From NCBI GenBank assembly GCA_947088415.1, contig CAMUGK010000002.1:1-32772 (forward strand): a DNA stretch of 32,772 nt. The letters run 5' to 3'. The notes below the pieces were generated by a model. That model saw only the letters and a program-made list of their open reading frames with translations, ran no database searches and was not told the DNA's origin. Source of the stretch: an uncultured Bacillota bacterium (GTDB lineage: Bacteria; Bacillota; Clostridia; Christensenellales; UBA1242). This document shows positions 1 through 9,090 of this stretch, piece by piece (within the stretch, counting starts at the first letter, position 1; every line of letters starts with the position of its first letter). The position numbers were made by a program, and so were the translations under genes.

Positions 1-47
1 TAATAAATTATATAAAACACTGCTTATCTTAAATAAGGAGGTGTGAT

Positions 48-230
48 ATGGAACAGCAAGAAAAAATATGTATTTCTATCCAAGAGATGGCTCAGTTGCT
101 TGGAATTGGAATAACTTCTGCCTACAAACTTGCAAACGATAAACTATTTTATCCAGCAAAGCGTGTTTGTGGAAGAATCGTAATACACTACGATTTGCTT
201 GAAAAGTGGATAAAAGAACAAAACAACTAG
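48..230 (+). CDS. Small helix-turn-helix DNA-binding protein of the AlpA/excisionase type
   Basis: 60-aa ORF with GGAGG 8 nt upstream. ISIQEMAQLLGIGITSAYKLAND reads as an HTH, and the C-terminal part (RIVIHYDLLEKWI) is typical of excisionase/AlpA-like regulators. It sits directly upstream of the primase gene. Confidence 0.6.
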   Translation: MEQQEKICISIQEMAQLLGIGITSAYKLANDKLFYPAKRVCGRIVIHYDLLEKWIKEQNN

Positions 231-238
231 GAGCGATT

Positions 239-2242
239 ATGGAAAATATTTTTACAGAGGTTAAAAATCGTTTGTCCATAAAGGATGTTATTGAGCATTA
301 CTCCACTGCAACATTTAATAAAGATAATAAATGCCATTGTCCATTCCCAGATCATCAAGATGTAAAAATCCCGTCGTTGTCAATACGGAAAGCAAATAAT
401 ACATTTAGATGTTTTGGGTGTGACAAAAGTGGCAGTGTTGTTGATTTTGTTATGATGTATAAAGGAGTAGATAAAATCCAAGCAGTTAGAATGCTTAATG
501 AAGATTTTAACCTAGGCTTAAACTTTAAAGATCAGAGCAAAAAGAAATTTGATATCAAAAAGTATTTGTTGACATGCGAAAAAGACATTGGACAAACAGA
601 TTACTTTATTAAACGAGGATTGTTACCTACAACAATTAAGAAACATAGGCTTGGCTATGACAAAGTTAAAAATGCGGTAACAATACCTTACAACGGTAAA
701 ATGAATTATGGTCAAATAAGATATGTGAATGAGAAAAGATTTTGGAAACCACCTACAAGTGATGTTGGCACAGAGCCAATATATAATGAAAATGCAATAA
801 ACGATAAAGATAATGAGCCAATCTTTATTGTTGAAAGTCCAATATGTGCAATGAGTATTGAACAATATAACTCAAAAGCAATTGCGATATGTGGCGGTGG
901 CGGAGTTTCTAAGTTGGATAAGGCACTTAAAGGCAAGAAAACTTGCAACCTGGGATTTATACTGGCACTAGACAATGATGAGCCAGGTGCGAGATATACT
1001 GACGAATTTGTGGCGTATTTTAAGAGCAAGAGAATTAAATATGTGGTGTGCAATATTTCTGGCAAAGAGAAAGATCCTAATGATTTACTAAAAAAGTCCT
1101 CTGAGGCTTTGGTTAAAAATATAGTCAAAGCAAGAAAGGAATATTATAGTAAATGTACGTCATATAGAGATTTAAAATCGGCGCAAGAAATTACGAGCAT
1201 GACACTGAAACCCGTGAATTGGTTGATTCAAGACCTATTTCCTACTGGATTGAGTATTATTTGTGGGGCATCTAAGATTGGGAAAAGTTGGTTTGTACAG
1301 AACTTGTGTTTATCTATAAGTAATGGGGATAAATTTTTAGATAAACCTGCATCAAGAAATGCTTGTTGGTATATGGCGTTAGAAGACGATGAAAGTCTGT
1401 CACAAGCAAGATTAAAAATGATGTTGAAAGGTAAAACTGCACCAAGCAACTTTTTTATATCCTATGAAATATATCCAATGGACAAGATTGATAAAGACAG
1501 GCCTACACTTATGGAATATATTGCTGAAAACATAAAAAGGAATCCAGAAATTAAATGTGTGGTTGTAGATACATTTCAAAAGGTGCGAAGTGCTTCGGCA
1601 TATGGCGAGAGTATGTATGCTCATGATTATAGAGATATATCTACCCTTAAAAAACTTGCTGATGAGTTGCAAATTGCAATAATTCTCATTCATCACACCA
1701 ATAAAATGAAAGACAGAGATACAGACGGCGATCCATTTGCTAAAATTAGTGGAACTAATGGACTGATGGCAAGTGCGGACTGTATTTTTTTGTTGGATAG
1801 AAAACGTGGAGAACAAGAAGTTCAACTTGCTTTTACTGGAAGAAAAATAAGGTGTGACACTTGGACAATATGTCAGAGCGAGACGGATATGACCTGGTCA
1901 AAAATAGGAACGGTCGAAGAAGAAGCCTACAAAAAGAAGTTAAAAGAATACAATCATAGCCCTTATGTAATTACAATTAAGCATTTGCTTGCTGTAAACG
2001 ATGGAGATTGGAGTGGGTCCTCTACTAAGTTTATAGAAGAACTTGGTAAACTTTATCCTAATGGAATGCCTATAAATCCAGTTCCTGCTGTTGTTGGGAG
2101 AGATATAAACGAAATGTCTGAAAGTTTAAAGCAGTTTGATCAAATAATTCATTTAAATACAAACCCACATGGTGGGACAAATGGTAGACAGCATAGGTTC
2201 TACTACATTAATAAAAAGAAAGAACAAACCTCTATATCTTAG
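239..2242 (+). CDS. Primase (CHC2 zinc finger plus Toprim) fused to a RepA/DnaB-like P-loop ATPase
   Basis: The track ORF is 206..2242. I prefer the ATG at 239, with GGAG at 230-233. Motifs seen: zinc finger CHCPFPDH...CFGCDKSG (nt 332-421), Toprim-like IFIVESPICA and LALDNDEPG, Walker A GASKIGKS (nt 1265-1288), and Walker B VVVDTF. Confidence 0.85.
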   Translation: MENIFTEVKNRLSIKDVIEHYSTATFNKDNKCHCPFPDHQDVKIPSLSIRKANNTFRCFGCDKSGSVVDFVMMYKGVDKIQAVRMLNEDFNLGLNFKDQSKKKFDIKKYLLTCEKDIGQTDYFIKRGLLPTTIKKHRLGYDKVKNAVTIPYNGKMNYGQIRYVNEKRFWKPPTSDVGTEPIYNENAINDKDNEPIFIVESPICAMSIEQYNSKAIAICGGGGVSKLDKALKGKKTCNLGFILALDNDEPGARYTDEFVAYFKSKRIKYVVCNISGKEKDPNDLLKKSSEALVKNIVKARKEYYSKCTSYRDLKSAQEITSMTLKPVNWLIQDLFPTGLSIICGASKIGKSWFVQNLCLSISNGDKFLDKPASRNACWYMALEDDESLSQARLKMMLKGKTAPSNFFISYEIYPMDKIDKDRPTLMEYIAENIKRNPEIKCVVVDTFQKVRSASAYGESMYAHDYRDISTLKKLADELQIAIILIHHTNKMKDRDTDGDPFAKISGTNGLMASADCIFLLDRKRGEQEVQLAFTGRKIRCDTWTICQSETDMTWSKIGTVEEEAYKKKLKEYNHSPYVITIKHLLAVNDGDWSGSSTKFIEELGKLYPNGMPINPVPAVVGRDINEMSESLKQFDQIIHLNTNPHGGTNGRQHRFYYINKKKEQTSIS

Positions 2243-2257
2243 AATACTGTTATTCTC

Positions 2258-2298
2258 GTTATTGCTGTTATGGGGAGAATAAAAATAACAGCAATAAC
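2258..2298. repeat. Perfect 14-bp inverted repeat downstream of the primase gene
   Basis: GTTATTGCTGTTAT (2258-2271) and ATAACAGCAATAAC (2285-2298) flank a 13-nt loop. No T-run follows, so this is not a classical terminator. Confidence 0.6.
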
Positions 2299-2351
2299 AC
2301 CTATAACGGTAAAAAGATATATAAGAAAAAATTAAAAAACTAGGAGTAAAT

Positions 2352-2687
2352 ATGTTTGAACACTATGACTTTTATAAAGCCAGTCAATTTCTGGCAAAAA
2401 CAAATCAATGTAAATGGATAATACAAGGAGTTACTGGACTTTTGCAATATGACGAGATAGATATTCTTGACACAATTGAAAAGTTAAAGCCTTGTAATTA
2501 TTATATGATTGAAAAATTATATTGTAAGATAATGCAAGATATGGATTATGAAGTTCCGTTTACTTTGGAAGAACTATTACTTTGCATTAAGAATTATCCA
2601 AAAAGAAGATTCAAAGGGTTTAACAAAAAGGCATGTTGTTATGTAAAAAATTTATATGAAAGATTACTGTACCTCTACCCAATGTAG
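2352..2687 (+). CDS. Hypothetical protein (111 aa)
   Basis: ORF with AGGAG 8 nt upstream of the ATG. I recognise no motif. Confidence 0.5.
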   Translation: MFEHYDFYKASQFLAKTNQCKWIIQGVTGLLQYDEIDILDTIEKLKPCNYYMIEKLYCKIMQDMDYEVPFTLEELLLCIKNYPKRRFKGFNKKACCYVKNLYERLLYLYPM

Positions 2688-2758
2688 ACCCCAGGGGGAT
2701 CTAAATCTCTACGAATTCAGTCTTTAGAGCGGGTCGGCAGTCGTATACAAATTTTCGC

Positions 2759-2890
2759 ATAATCAAAAATCAAAATGATAATCAAAATATTGAAAATATT
2801 ACTAGTAGAACATGTTACTAGTATTTTTTATTACTAAAAGTTTTATTTGAAAAGTAAAAAACACGAAAATAATTCAAAAAATAATCAAAA
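2759..2890. repeat. Iteron-like direct repeats ATAATCAAAA
   Basis: Exact 10-mers at 2759-2768, 2778-2787 and 2881-2890, plus a variant ATAATTCAAAA near 2869. They lie in a non-coding stretch of about 480 bp. A TACTAGTA...TACTAGTA hairpin with a T-run at about 2810-2835 lies between them. Confidence 0.4.
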
Positions 2891-3080
2891 TAAAGCAATT
2901 TAAGGAATGTTTTATAATTTGCGACAGTTTGATGGATGAAATCCTTTTCGTGCGACTGTGAGCGAATTTAAGACAAATTAAAGCAAAATTATGAGAAGAT
3001 AAGAAAACAAGAATACAAAATTACAAGAAAACAAAGTTTCAAGGATACAAAGATACAAGAGAAATCTTTTATTTTATTTG

Positions 3081-3155
3081 GCTGTTCGCTGGACTTTAAT
3101 ATTCTTTTGCGGTATGTATTGTACTAGCAAAAGTACAAGTCCAGCTGTGAACAGC
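3081..3155. promoter_or_regulatory. Long nested inverted repeat immediately upstream of the excisionase-integrase pair
   Basis: GCTGTTCGCTGGACT (3081-3095) pairs with AGTCCAGC-tgt-GAACAGC (3138-3155). An inner hairpin TTGTACT/AGTACAA is present. The structure ends 5 nt before the RBS GGAGG (3161-3165). Confidence 0.4.
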
Positions 3156-3170
3156 ACATTGGAGGTATTA

Positions 3171-3389
3171 ATGCAAAGAATAAGGACTATCACTGAGACA
3201 TTACAAATGTTGAAGAAAGAAGATCCAGAAACTTGTTTAAGTGAGTTTCTCATAAGGAAACTTGCGAATAATTACAAAATCCGTTCCATAAAAACTGGCA
3301 ACAAAGTGCTGATTGATTACGATTCGCTATTGGCATTCTTGCAGAGTAAAAGTTACGAGTTGCCAATGGAACAAATTATCATAGGTTAA
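3171..3389 (+). CDS. Excisionase-like HTH protein
   Basis: The track ORF 3078..3389 starts at a TTG inside the inverted repeat. The ATG at 3171 has GGAGG 5 nt upstream. The product is colinear with, and similar to, the element-2 ORF at 13324..13518 (…KIRSIKTGNKVLIDYDSLLAFL versus …QITVLNIGSKFLIQLESLCDFL). Confidence 0.6.
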   Translation: MQRIRTITETLQMLKKEDPETCLSEFLIRKLANNYKIRSIKTGNKVLIDYDSLLAFLQSKSYELPMEQIIIG

Positions 3390-3400
3390 GGAGAAAAATT

Positions 3401-4792
3401 ATGCCATGTATTAAGAAAAATGTGCTAGACACGGGTGCGATTTCATATCGCATCCAAGTTAAAGCTAAGAATGAGCGAACTGGCAAGTTTGAGGCCAAAG
3501 TTATGACTTGCAGAAAGCCAGCAGAGTTAACAGAAAGGCAATATGAAAGAGAACTGCAAAGAATCGCCTTTGAGTTCGAGGATAAGTTTCGCAAGTCTAT
3601 GAATGGTTTGCTTGCGGTGGATAATGACATATTGTTTATAGATTATGCCAACAAATGGTTAGAAAAAGTTAAAAACACTAAGTCTCTCAACTATTATGTT
3701 AAAGGAAAAGACAGTATTAAAAAGTTCTATGCTTACTTTGGAAACATTAAACTTAATCAAATCACGCCAGTTATGGTGCAAGGTTTCTTGGATGAAATGA
3801 GTTATAAAAAGTGTGAAAAGAAAAGTGCCGTGATGATTAAAGACATAACACAATACCTTAAATCGCACTGCATTAAATTGGTTGATGCCACAAACAAAAC
3901 TGGTATATCAAGGTCAATATTCTTTTCGGCCACAAGCGGACATGGAATAATGGTTGAAAATGCTGAGCGAATATGTAAAGAGTTGGGATTAAAATATGAC
4001 GAATACTTTAAGACAGAAATAATCTCACATCCTTATGCAAAGGAAACAATACTAAAACTTAAACGAACACTTGCAACAATATTAGCAGAGGCAAAAAGAC
4101 AAAGGCTTGTTGAACACAACTTCGCAAGCAGAGATTATATTGCACCGATACAAGGCTACAAGAAAGAAATACAAATTCTAAATGATAAAGAAGCGAAAAT
4201 ACTGGCACAATACTTGGATACTGAACCAAACCCTCGCTGGAAGATCTCTCTGTTAACAATCTTGTTTATGGGGTTAAGGCGTGGCGAACTTGCTGGCCTT
4301 GAATGGCAAGATATTGACTATGAGAATAAGACAATGACAATTCAAAGATCGGTGCAAGACATCGTCGGCTTTGGACTTATAACCAAAGATCCAAAGACCG
4401 AGAACTCAAAACGCACAATATCAATGCCAGATAAACTAATAACTTACTTGAAAGAATATCAAGTATGGTGGGATAATCAAAAGCACTATCTTGGCGACCG
4501 CTGGAAAGATACTGACCGATTATTCTGCACAGAAGATGGAAAAACAATCTCGCCAGGATTATTTAGAGTATGGCTACAAAAGACATTAGTAAAAGCGGGC
4601 TTGCCAAAAGTGTCCCTTCACTCACTTCGCCACACTAATATAACCTTGCAATTAATCGCAGGTGTAGACATGAAAACCGTCTCTGCTCGTGCAGGCCACA
4701 GTAAAGCATCTACCACAAGCGACTTCTATAGCCACTTTATAAAGAATTCAGATATTCACGCGAGTGAAATATTGAATAAAATATTTGAATAA
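3401..4792 (+). CDS. int: Tyrosine recombinase / integrase
   Basis: Catalytic-domain motifs seen: GLRRGELAGLEWQDID, HSLRHTNIT, AGHSKASTTSDFYSH (R...HxxR...H...Y). AAGGAG RBS. Homologous along its length to the integrase at 13955..15376. Confidence 0.9.
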   Translation: MPCIKKNVLDTGAISYRIQVKAKNERTGKFEAKVMTCRKPAELTERQYERELQRIAFEFEDKFRKSMNGLLAVDNDILFIDYANKWLEKVKNTKSLNYYVKGKDSIKKFYAYFGNIKLNQITPVMVQGFLDEMSYKKCEKKSAVMIKDITQYLKSHCIKLVDATNKTGISRSIFFSATSGHGIMVENAERICKELGLKYDEYFKTEIISHPYAKETILKLKRTLATILAEAKRQRLVEHNFASRDYIAPIQGYKKEIQILNDKEAKILAQYLDTEPNPRWKISLLTILFMGLRRGELAGLEWQDIDYENKTMTIQRSVQDIVGFGLITKDPKTENSKRTISMPDKLITYLKEYQVWWDNQKHYLGDRWKDTDRLFCTEDGKTISPGLFRVWLQKTLVKAGLPKVSLHSLRHTNITLQLIAGVDMKTVSARAGHSKASTTSDFYSHFIKNSDIHASEILNKIFE

Positions 4793-4860
4793 TTAAATGC
4801 TTAGGAGAAAAATCTCTTAGGGATTTTTTGTTGTAAAAATTATACGATTTTTTTAATTTG

Positions 4861-4869
4861 TGCTATAAT
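4861..4869 (+). promoter_or_regulatory. Extended -10 promoter element (TGcTATAAT) for the NACHT gene
   Basis: TGCTATAAT lies 18 nt upstream of the ATG at 4887. It follows an AAAAATC/GATTTTT hairpin located after the integrase stop codon. Confidence 0.45.
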
Positions 4870-4886
4870 TCAATTAGGAGAAGCAT

Positions 4887-7800
4887 ATGTTAAGCACATT
4901 AGATAAAATTCATATTATATTAAAGACGATAGCTACCACTGCAACGATTTCTAATATTAGTGGTTATGAAGATATGGCTAAGTCCTTAGAAAACTTTACA
5001 AAAAGTCTGTTTAAAGTTTTAGATAATAAGGATTTCGGTCAACCAACCATATTAAAATGCAATAACGGAAATGTTGAATTTGTTGCGAATGACGGTACGG
5101 AATATCAAGTTACTACAAACAATAATTTTAAAGCGAAGTGTGAAAAAACAATAATCACATTTTTAGAGAATAAACAAGCTGGTCATACATTGCAAATTGT
5201 TTACTATGTATTATTGTCAGGTAATGACAAAACAAAAAAGAAACAGTTACTCTCACAATATCCAAAGGATGTCTCAATATACGATGTAGAAGATATTTGC
5301 AGGAAAATTGCACAATGTGACGATGAAACTGTGAATAAAATTTTTAATATCTGTATGGAATTTTATCCCATAGATTTTTCTAATTATGCTCTTGACACAT
5401 TCACCAATTCTATTAAGTTATGCGATGATTATATTGACAGAAGCTTTAATGTTTTAAATAACAATTCATTTTTAAAGATCGAAAGCATAGACGATTTATT
5501 AAAACAATATCGAAATATCGTTATAATGGCTGATGCTTCAGCTGGTAAAACAGAGCTATTGATAAAAATCAATAACAGTTATTACGACAAGCAAAAATGC
5601 GTATACTATTATCAATTGAAGAATTACAATGGTAAAGAAATTATAAAATATCTTCCTAAACCCTTTTTGTTACATCCAACTCCTTTATTATTGTTGGATG
5701 GATTTGATGAAATCGAAAGTGTTCATGTGGATAATTTTATAAAGGAACTTAATACATTTACACAAATATACCCAGATTGTAAAGTCGTTATTACATCTAG
5801 AAAGAATTTTTGCACTCGAAATATGTTTGATAATTTTTCATATTGCGAATTAAACGATTTAACTGACACGGAAATAGATGCTTATTTTAAAGATAAATTT
5901 GATGAAAAACATACTGAAAAAATAAATTTGTGCAAAACTCTCAATATATATAATTTATTATATAATCCTTTCTACTTAACAAGAATAGTTAAGGTTCTTA
6001 GTCTAAAAGACAATTTATCAAATAGATCTGACATTATGAAAGCGACTTTCGAATTAGATTATAATAAATATAAATATAATAAAGAGATTTCTAGCGAGAC
6101 TTTGCTATGTCAATTAACACAATTTGCAATGTTTTTATTTCAAAAAGACAAGTCTAATTGCGATATTTCAGATTATAAGCAATTCGATAATGATAAAATG
6201 AGAGCTTTTTCTTGGCTGTTATATCAAGATGATAAAATCAGTTTTGTACACAATAATTTTAAAGAATTCCTAATAGCTCTAAGATTAAGCGAATTTCCAG
6301 TTTCTAAAATAATCAAAATAATAACACTCAAATTAGATAAGCCATATATTAAAACAAAGTATACCAATATATTAAGTTTTATGCTATCTTCTTATAAAAA
6401 TGATAAACTCTTTGATTATGTATTGAAATATGGCCAATATATTATACTAGATCTCGAAGAATCGTCTTTAACAGAGAAACAGAAAATTCAAATAATTGAA
6501 AAGATATATAAGGAATATGAGTTAAAAAAATCTTGGCCAAATGCTTATCTTTATAATGAGAGAAAGTTAGCAAAAATTTGTGATACTAAAAAAATTATTG
6601 AAATTTTAATATCAAAATTGAAACCCAAAAATCATAGAACTACAATAGTGTTTTCTATTGAGTTATTAAAAGAAGTCCCATCTTTATTTGGTTTCACGAA
6701 TAAGTTAAAAGAATTAGTTATACAATGGCTTAATGATGATTGCCTGGATGAAGTAGTGTTAAGTTCTTTAATTTATTCCCTAAATAAGCTAAATGCTTCT
6801 ATTGAAGAAGTTTCTAGTATATATTTAAAATACAGAAACCATAAGTATTCTAGAATTCGTGCATCTGTGAATTATTTACTAAAGGAATATAAATTAGCAA
6901 CAAAATTTATTCCTGAAGTTATAGAAGGATTCAGTAAAGGCCAGTTAAAAGTTCTTGATGTTAACCATAAAGAAGAAGATGTTATTGATGCTGGAGAAAG
7001 CTACTATTTACAACAGGCAATAAGTGAAATCAGAGATGAAAACGCTTTAGAACAACTCTTGGACTTTATAATTGAAAATGAGAGGAAGTATGAAACAAGA
7101 TCTTTTACGGAATATGTTTTTCAGGCTCTTGAAAATAAAAGAAAAATCGGACTAAAACTACAAGAAAAGCTGTATACTTTATTAAGTTTAACTTGTCTGC
7201 ATTATACTGACAACTTGTTAAATTTAACACTAAACTTAATTTATAAATTTAAGCTTAATAATGAATTTATGAGTAAAATATTTTCAGACACAGAAATAAA
7301 AGAATATCAAAAAAATCTACTAATTGCGCGTTTATATACAGACGAATCAATTTTTAAATGTCTAGATTATTTTAAATCACAAACAAAACAACAAATAGAA
7401 AATTTTATATATTATCTAAAGGAATATAACAAAAATTATGCAGATGTAATTAGTTTGTTGAAAGCTGAAGGAATCTCTTGTTCTTTACCTAAAAATGATT
7501 ATGAATTGCAAAGGCAAAAAGCAATCCAAACACATTTTAATAATTTATTTTTTAAAGAAAAAGTTATAGCAATTGTAAGGAAAATACTGAAAGATCTTAA
7601 CGGCGATGAGATTTCTAGAAAAAAAGTCAGAGAGCATTATCTCTACAGCGATTATAAATTGCCTTTCTATATTTATTCGTTATTTGATATTGATAGTAAT
7701 AATTTTAATGAAAAGAAAATTCTTAAACAAGTTACAGACAATTGGCAAATTTCACAGATTTATGATATGTTACATCACAACAAGCAATTAGAATTAAAGT

Positions 7801-8777
7801 CTAAGCAAATTGATTTTATAAATAAATGGGTTGTTAAGCAATTAGAAGTAATAGATTTCAAAAATGCCATAACTTATAATGGCACGTCTTGGTCTACATC
7901 TTATAATGCGATGTATACAGAATATTTTATAAGAAAATGTGATTTGCTTGTTGATAATAATATTTATGAAGATATGTTATGCTTTACTTGGGGAGAAAAT
8001 TCTGATTCTGATATTTCCAATTTGGAGTTTATTGAACAAAAACTCGGCAGTGAAAACTTTAAATCAAAACTTTCAGAATTTAGTAAAAAGGACTTCTTAG
8101 ATGGCTATGTTTTAAGTAACAGATTGAGATATTGCATGAAAAAGGATTATGATATTTTGTTTGATTGTGTAATCAAAAAAATATCGAACTTAAATAAGGA
8201 TGAAACTGATTATCATTCTAGTATATACTTCGAGTATTTAAATAAATTTGGCAGACTAGCTTCTGCTTACGATTTTTATGACAATTTGCCAATTAATTTA
8301 AAGTTAGAATTAATACATATGAGTTTAAATCAAAATTTGGATAATAAATTCATTTTGGATCATACAGAGAAAGATATATCCTTAAATGATGAAAATTCTA
8401 TTAAAATAGCAAAAGCATTATTACCACATAGAAGTTCAGTTGCCTTAAAATATTATTATAAAACAATACATAAAGACGGCTTTGAAATATCATATCCATA
8501 TCCGACACTTAAAGCATATCAAGACAAAAAGTATTTTAAAACCTTATTTAAAATTTTAGCGTTGACATATAAATATAAGGATGAAGATAATCATACCAGA
8601 AATGACCTAATGTTTTGTTTTGAAAAAATTTGCATTAATTCGAATCTTAAGACAGTAAAGTATATAATAAAAAAATTAAACAGATTTACTAAAATCTCTA
8701 AGTATGAAAATGTAAATTATTTACATTATTATTTAGATGGTATAAAGCTGCAGATTATAACACAAAAAGACGCTTAA
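4887..8777 (+). CDS. NACHT-type STAND NTPase (1296 aa) with an uncharacterised N-terminal domain and a long alpha-helical C-terminal region
   Basis: Walker A ADASAGKT (GKT at nt 5544-5552). Walker B LLLLDGFDEI, the NACHT-typical hhhhDGxDE form. VVITSRKN follows it. About 200 aa lie upstream of the P-loop and about 800 aa of Leu/Ile/Lys-rich helical sequence lie downstream. The gene has its own promoter and terminator. Confidence 0.85.
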   Translation: MLSTLDKIHIILKTIATTATISNISGYEDMAKSLENFTKSLFKVLDNKDFGQPTILKCNNGNVEFVANDGTEYQVTTNNNFKAKCEKTIITFLENKQAGHTLQIVYYVLLSGNDKTKKKQLLSQYPKDVSIYDVEDICRKIAQCDDETVNKIFNICMEFYPIDFSNYALDTFTNSIKLCDDYIDRSFNVLNNNSFLKIESIDDLLKQYRNIVIMADASAGKTELLIKINNSYYDKQKCVYYYQLKNYNGKEIIKYLPKPFLLHPTPLLLLDGFDEIESVHVDNFIKELNTFTQIYPDCKVVITSRKNFCTRNMFDNFSYCELNDLTDTEIDAYFKDKFDEKHTEKINLCKTLNIYNLLYNPFYLTRIVKVLSLKDNLSNRSDIMKATFELDYNKYKYNKEISSETLLCQLTQFAMFLFQKDKSNCDISDYKQFDNDKMRAFSWLLYQDDKISFVHNNFKEFLIALRLSEFPVSKIIKIITLKLDKPYIKTKYTNILSFMLSSYKNDKLFDYVLKYGQYIILDLEESSLTEKQKIQIIEKIYKEYELKKSWPNAYLYNERKLAKICDTKKIIEILISKLKPKNHRTTIVFSIELLKEVPSLFGFTNKLKELVIQWLNDDCLDEVVLSSLIYSLNKLNASIEEVSSIYLKYRNHKYSRIRASVNYLLKEYKLATKFIPEVIEGFSKGQLKVLDVNHKEEDVIDAGESYYLQQAISEIRDENALEQLLDFIIENERKYETRSFTEYVFQALENKRKIGLKLQEKLYTLLSLTCLHYTDNLLNLTLNLIYKFKLNNEFMSKIFSDTEIKEYQKNLLIARLYTDESIFKCLDYFKSQTKQQIENFIYYLKEYNKNYADVISLLKAEGISCSLPKNDYELQRQKAIQTHFNNLFFKEKVIAIVRKILKDLNGDEISRKKVREHYLYSDYKLPFYIYSLFDIDSNNFNEKKILKQVTDNWQISQIYDMLHHNKQLELKSKQIDFINKWVVKQLEVIDFKNAITYNGTSWSTSYNAMYTEYFIRKCDLLVDNNIYEDMLCFTWGENSDSDISNLEFIEQKLGSENFKSKLSEFSKKDFLDGYVLSNRLRYCMKKDYDILFDCVIKKISNLNKDETDYHSSIYFEYLNKFGRLASAYDFYDNLPINLKLELIHMSLNQNLDNKFILDHTEKDISLNDENSIKIAKALLPHRSSVALKYYYKTIHKDGFEISYPYPTLKAYQDKKYFKTLFKILALTYKYKDEDNHTRNDLMFCFEKICINSNLKTVKYIIKKLNRFTKISKYENVNYLHYYLDGIKLQIITQKDA

Positions 8778-8790
8778 CCAGCGTCTTTTT
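8764..8790 (+). terminator. Rho-independent terminator of the NACHT gene
   Basis: AAAAGACGCT (8765-8774) pairs with AGCGTCTTTT (8780-8789). The stop codon lies in the loop and a T-run follows. Confidence 0.7.
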
Positions 8791-8798
8791 GTGTAAAT

Positions 8799-8844
8799 TG
8801 GTGAGAGTAAGAAGATTTGAACTTCCGACCTGTCGCTTAGGAGG
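8799..8844 (-). pseudogene. Orphan 3' half of a tRNA-Arg(CCU): anticodon loop to CCA. Acts as an att junction.
   Basis: The reverse complement reads CCTCCTAAG-CGAC-AGGTC-GGAAG-TTCAAAT-CTTCT-TACTCTC-A-CCA. No matching 5' half is adjacent: the upstream sequence GGTGGCTAATTGCC cannot form the anticodon or D stems. Confidence 0.75.
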
Positions 8845-9090
8845 GGCAATTAGCCACCGAAGTCCTATTGAATAACTTTTGAAATACACATATCTATTTG
8901 TATTATCAATTAACTTTTCATAGTATAATACAAAATTTGTGCTTTTGTCAAAAACTTCAAATAACTTTTGTTCCATGAGTAGCATTTTTAGTATGGTATG
9001 AAAGTTATAAATGACTTACAAACCGTCTTTACTCTTTAACTTAAATAAAAATTAAAACATCAGGGTTGATGTTGAGTTAAGGAGATTAAA

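Larger units (their letters stand above)
1..8844. mobile_element. Integrative element 1, truncated by the left edge of the window. Its right end lies at the att core at 8836-8844.
   Basis: Gene content is HTH, primase/ATPase, excisionase, tyrosine integrase and cargo. It ends at a tRNA-Arg 3' half fused to the 9-bp core CTTAGGAGG. That core recurs at 16199 and 16380. Confidence 0.7.

Noticed and set aside
623-1825. Minus-strand ORFs inside the primase gene (80, 138, 73 and 137 aa)
   Set aside because: They are antisense to a motif-supported CDS. Long antisense ORFs are expected in AT-rich DNA.
2691-2705. GACCCCAGGGGGATC, a GC-rich near-palindrome after the 111-aa ORF
   Set aside because: The C4/G5 arms leave a 1-nt loop, so no hairpin is possible. 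It does not recur elsewhere in the window.
3078-3170. N-terminal extension of the excisionase ORF (TTG start at 3078)
   Set aside because: The extension coincides with the long inverted repeat. The ATG at 3171 has a well-spaced GGAGG and matches the length of the element-2 homologue.
4796-4804. GCTTAGGAG just after the integrase stop codon, as a possible fourth att core
   Set aside because: It matches only 8 of 9 positions of the core, and no tRNA-like flank is present. It is part of the post-integrase hairpin region, which element 2 also has in the form AATGCTAGG. Chance or shared ancestry of the terminator is more likely.
7606-7791. 61-aa plus-strand ORF inside the NACHT gene, and ORFs at 21305..21628, 22749..23043 and 25522..26083
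   Set aside because: They are alternative-frame or antisense ORFs within better-supported genes. None has an RBS.
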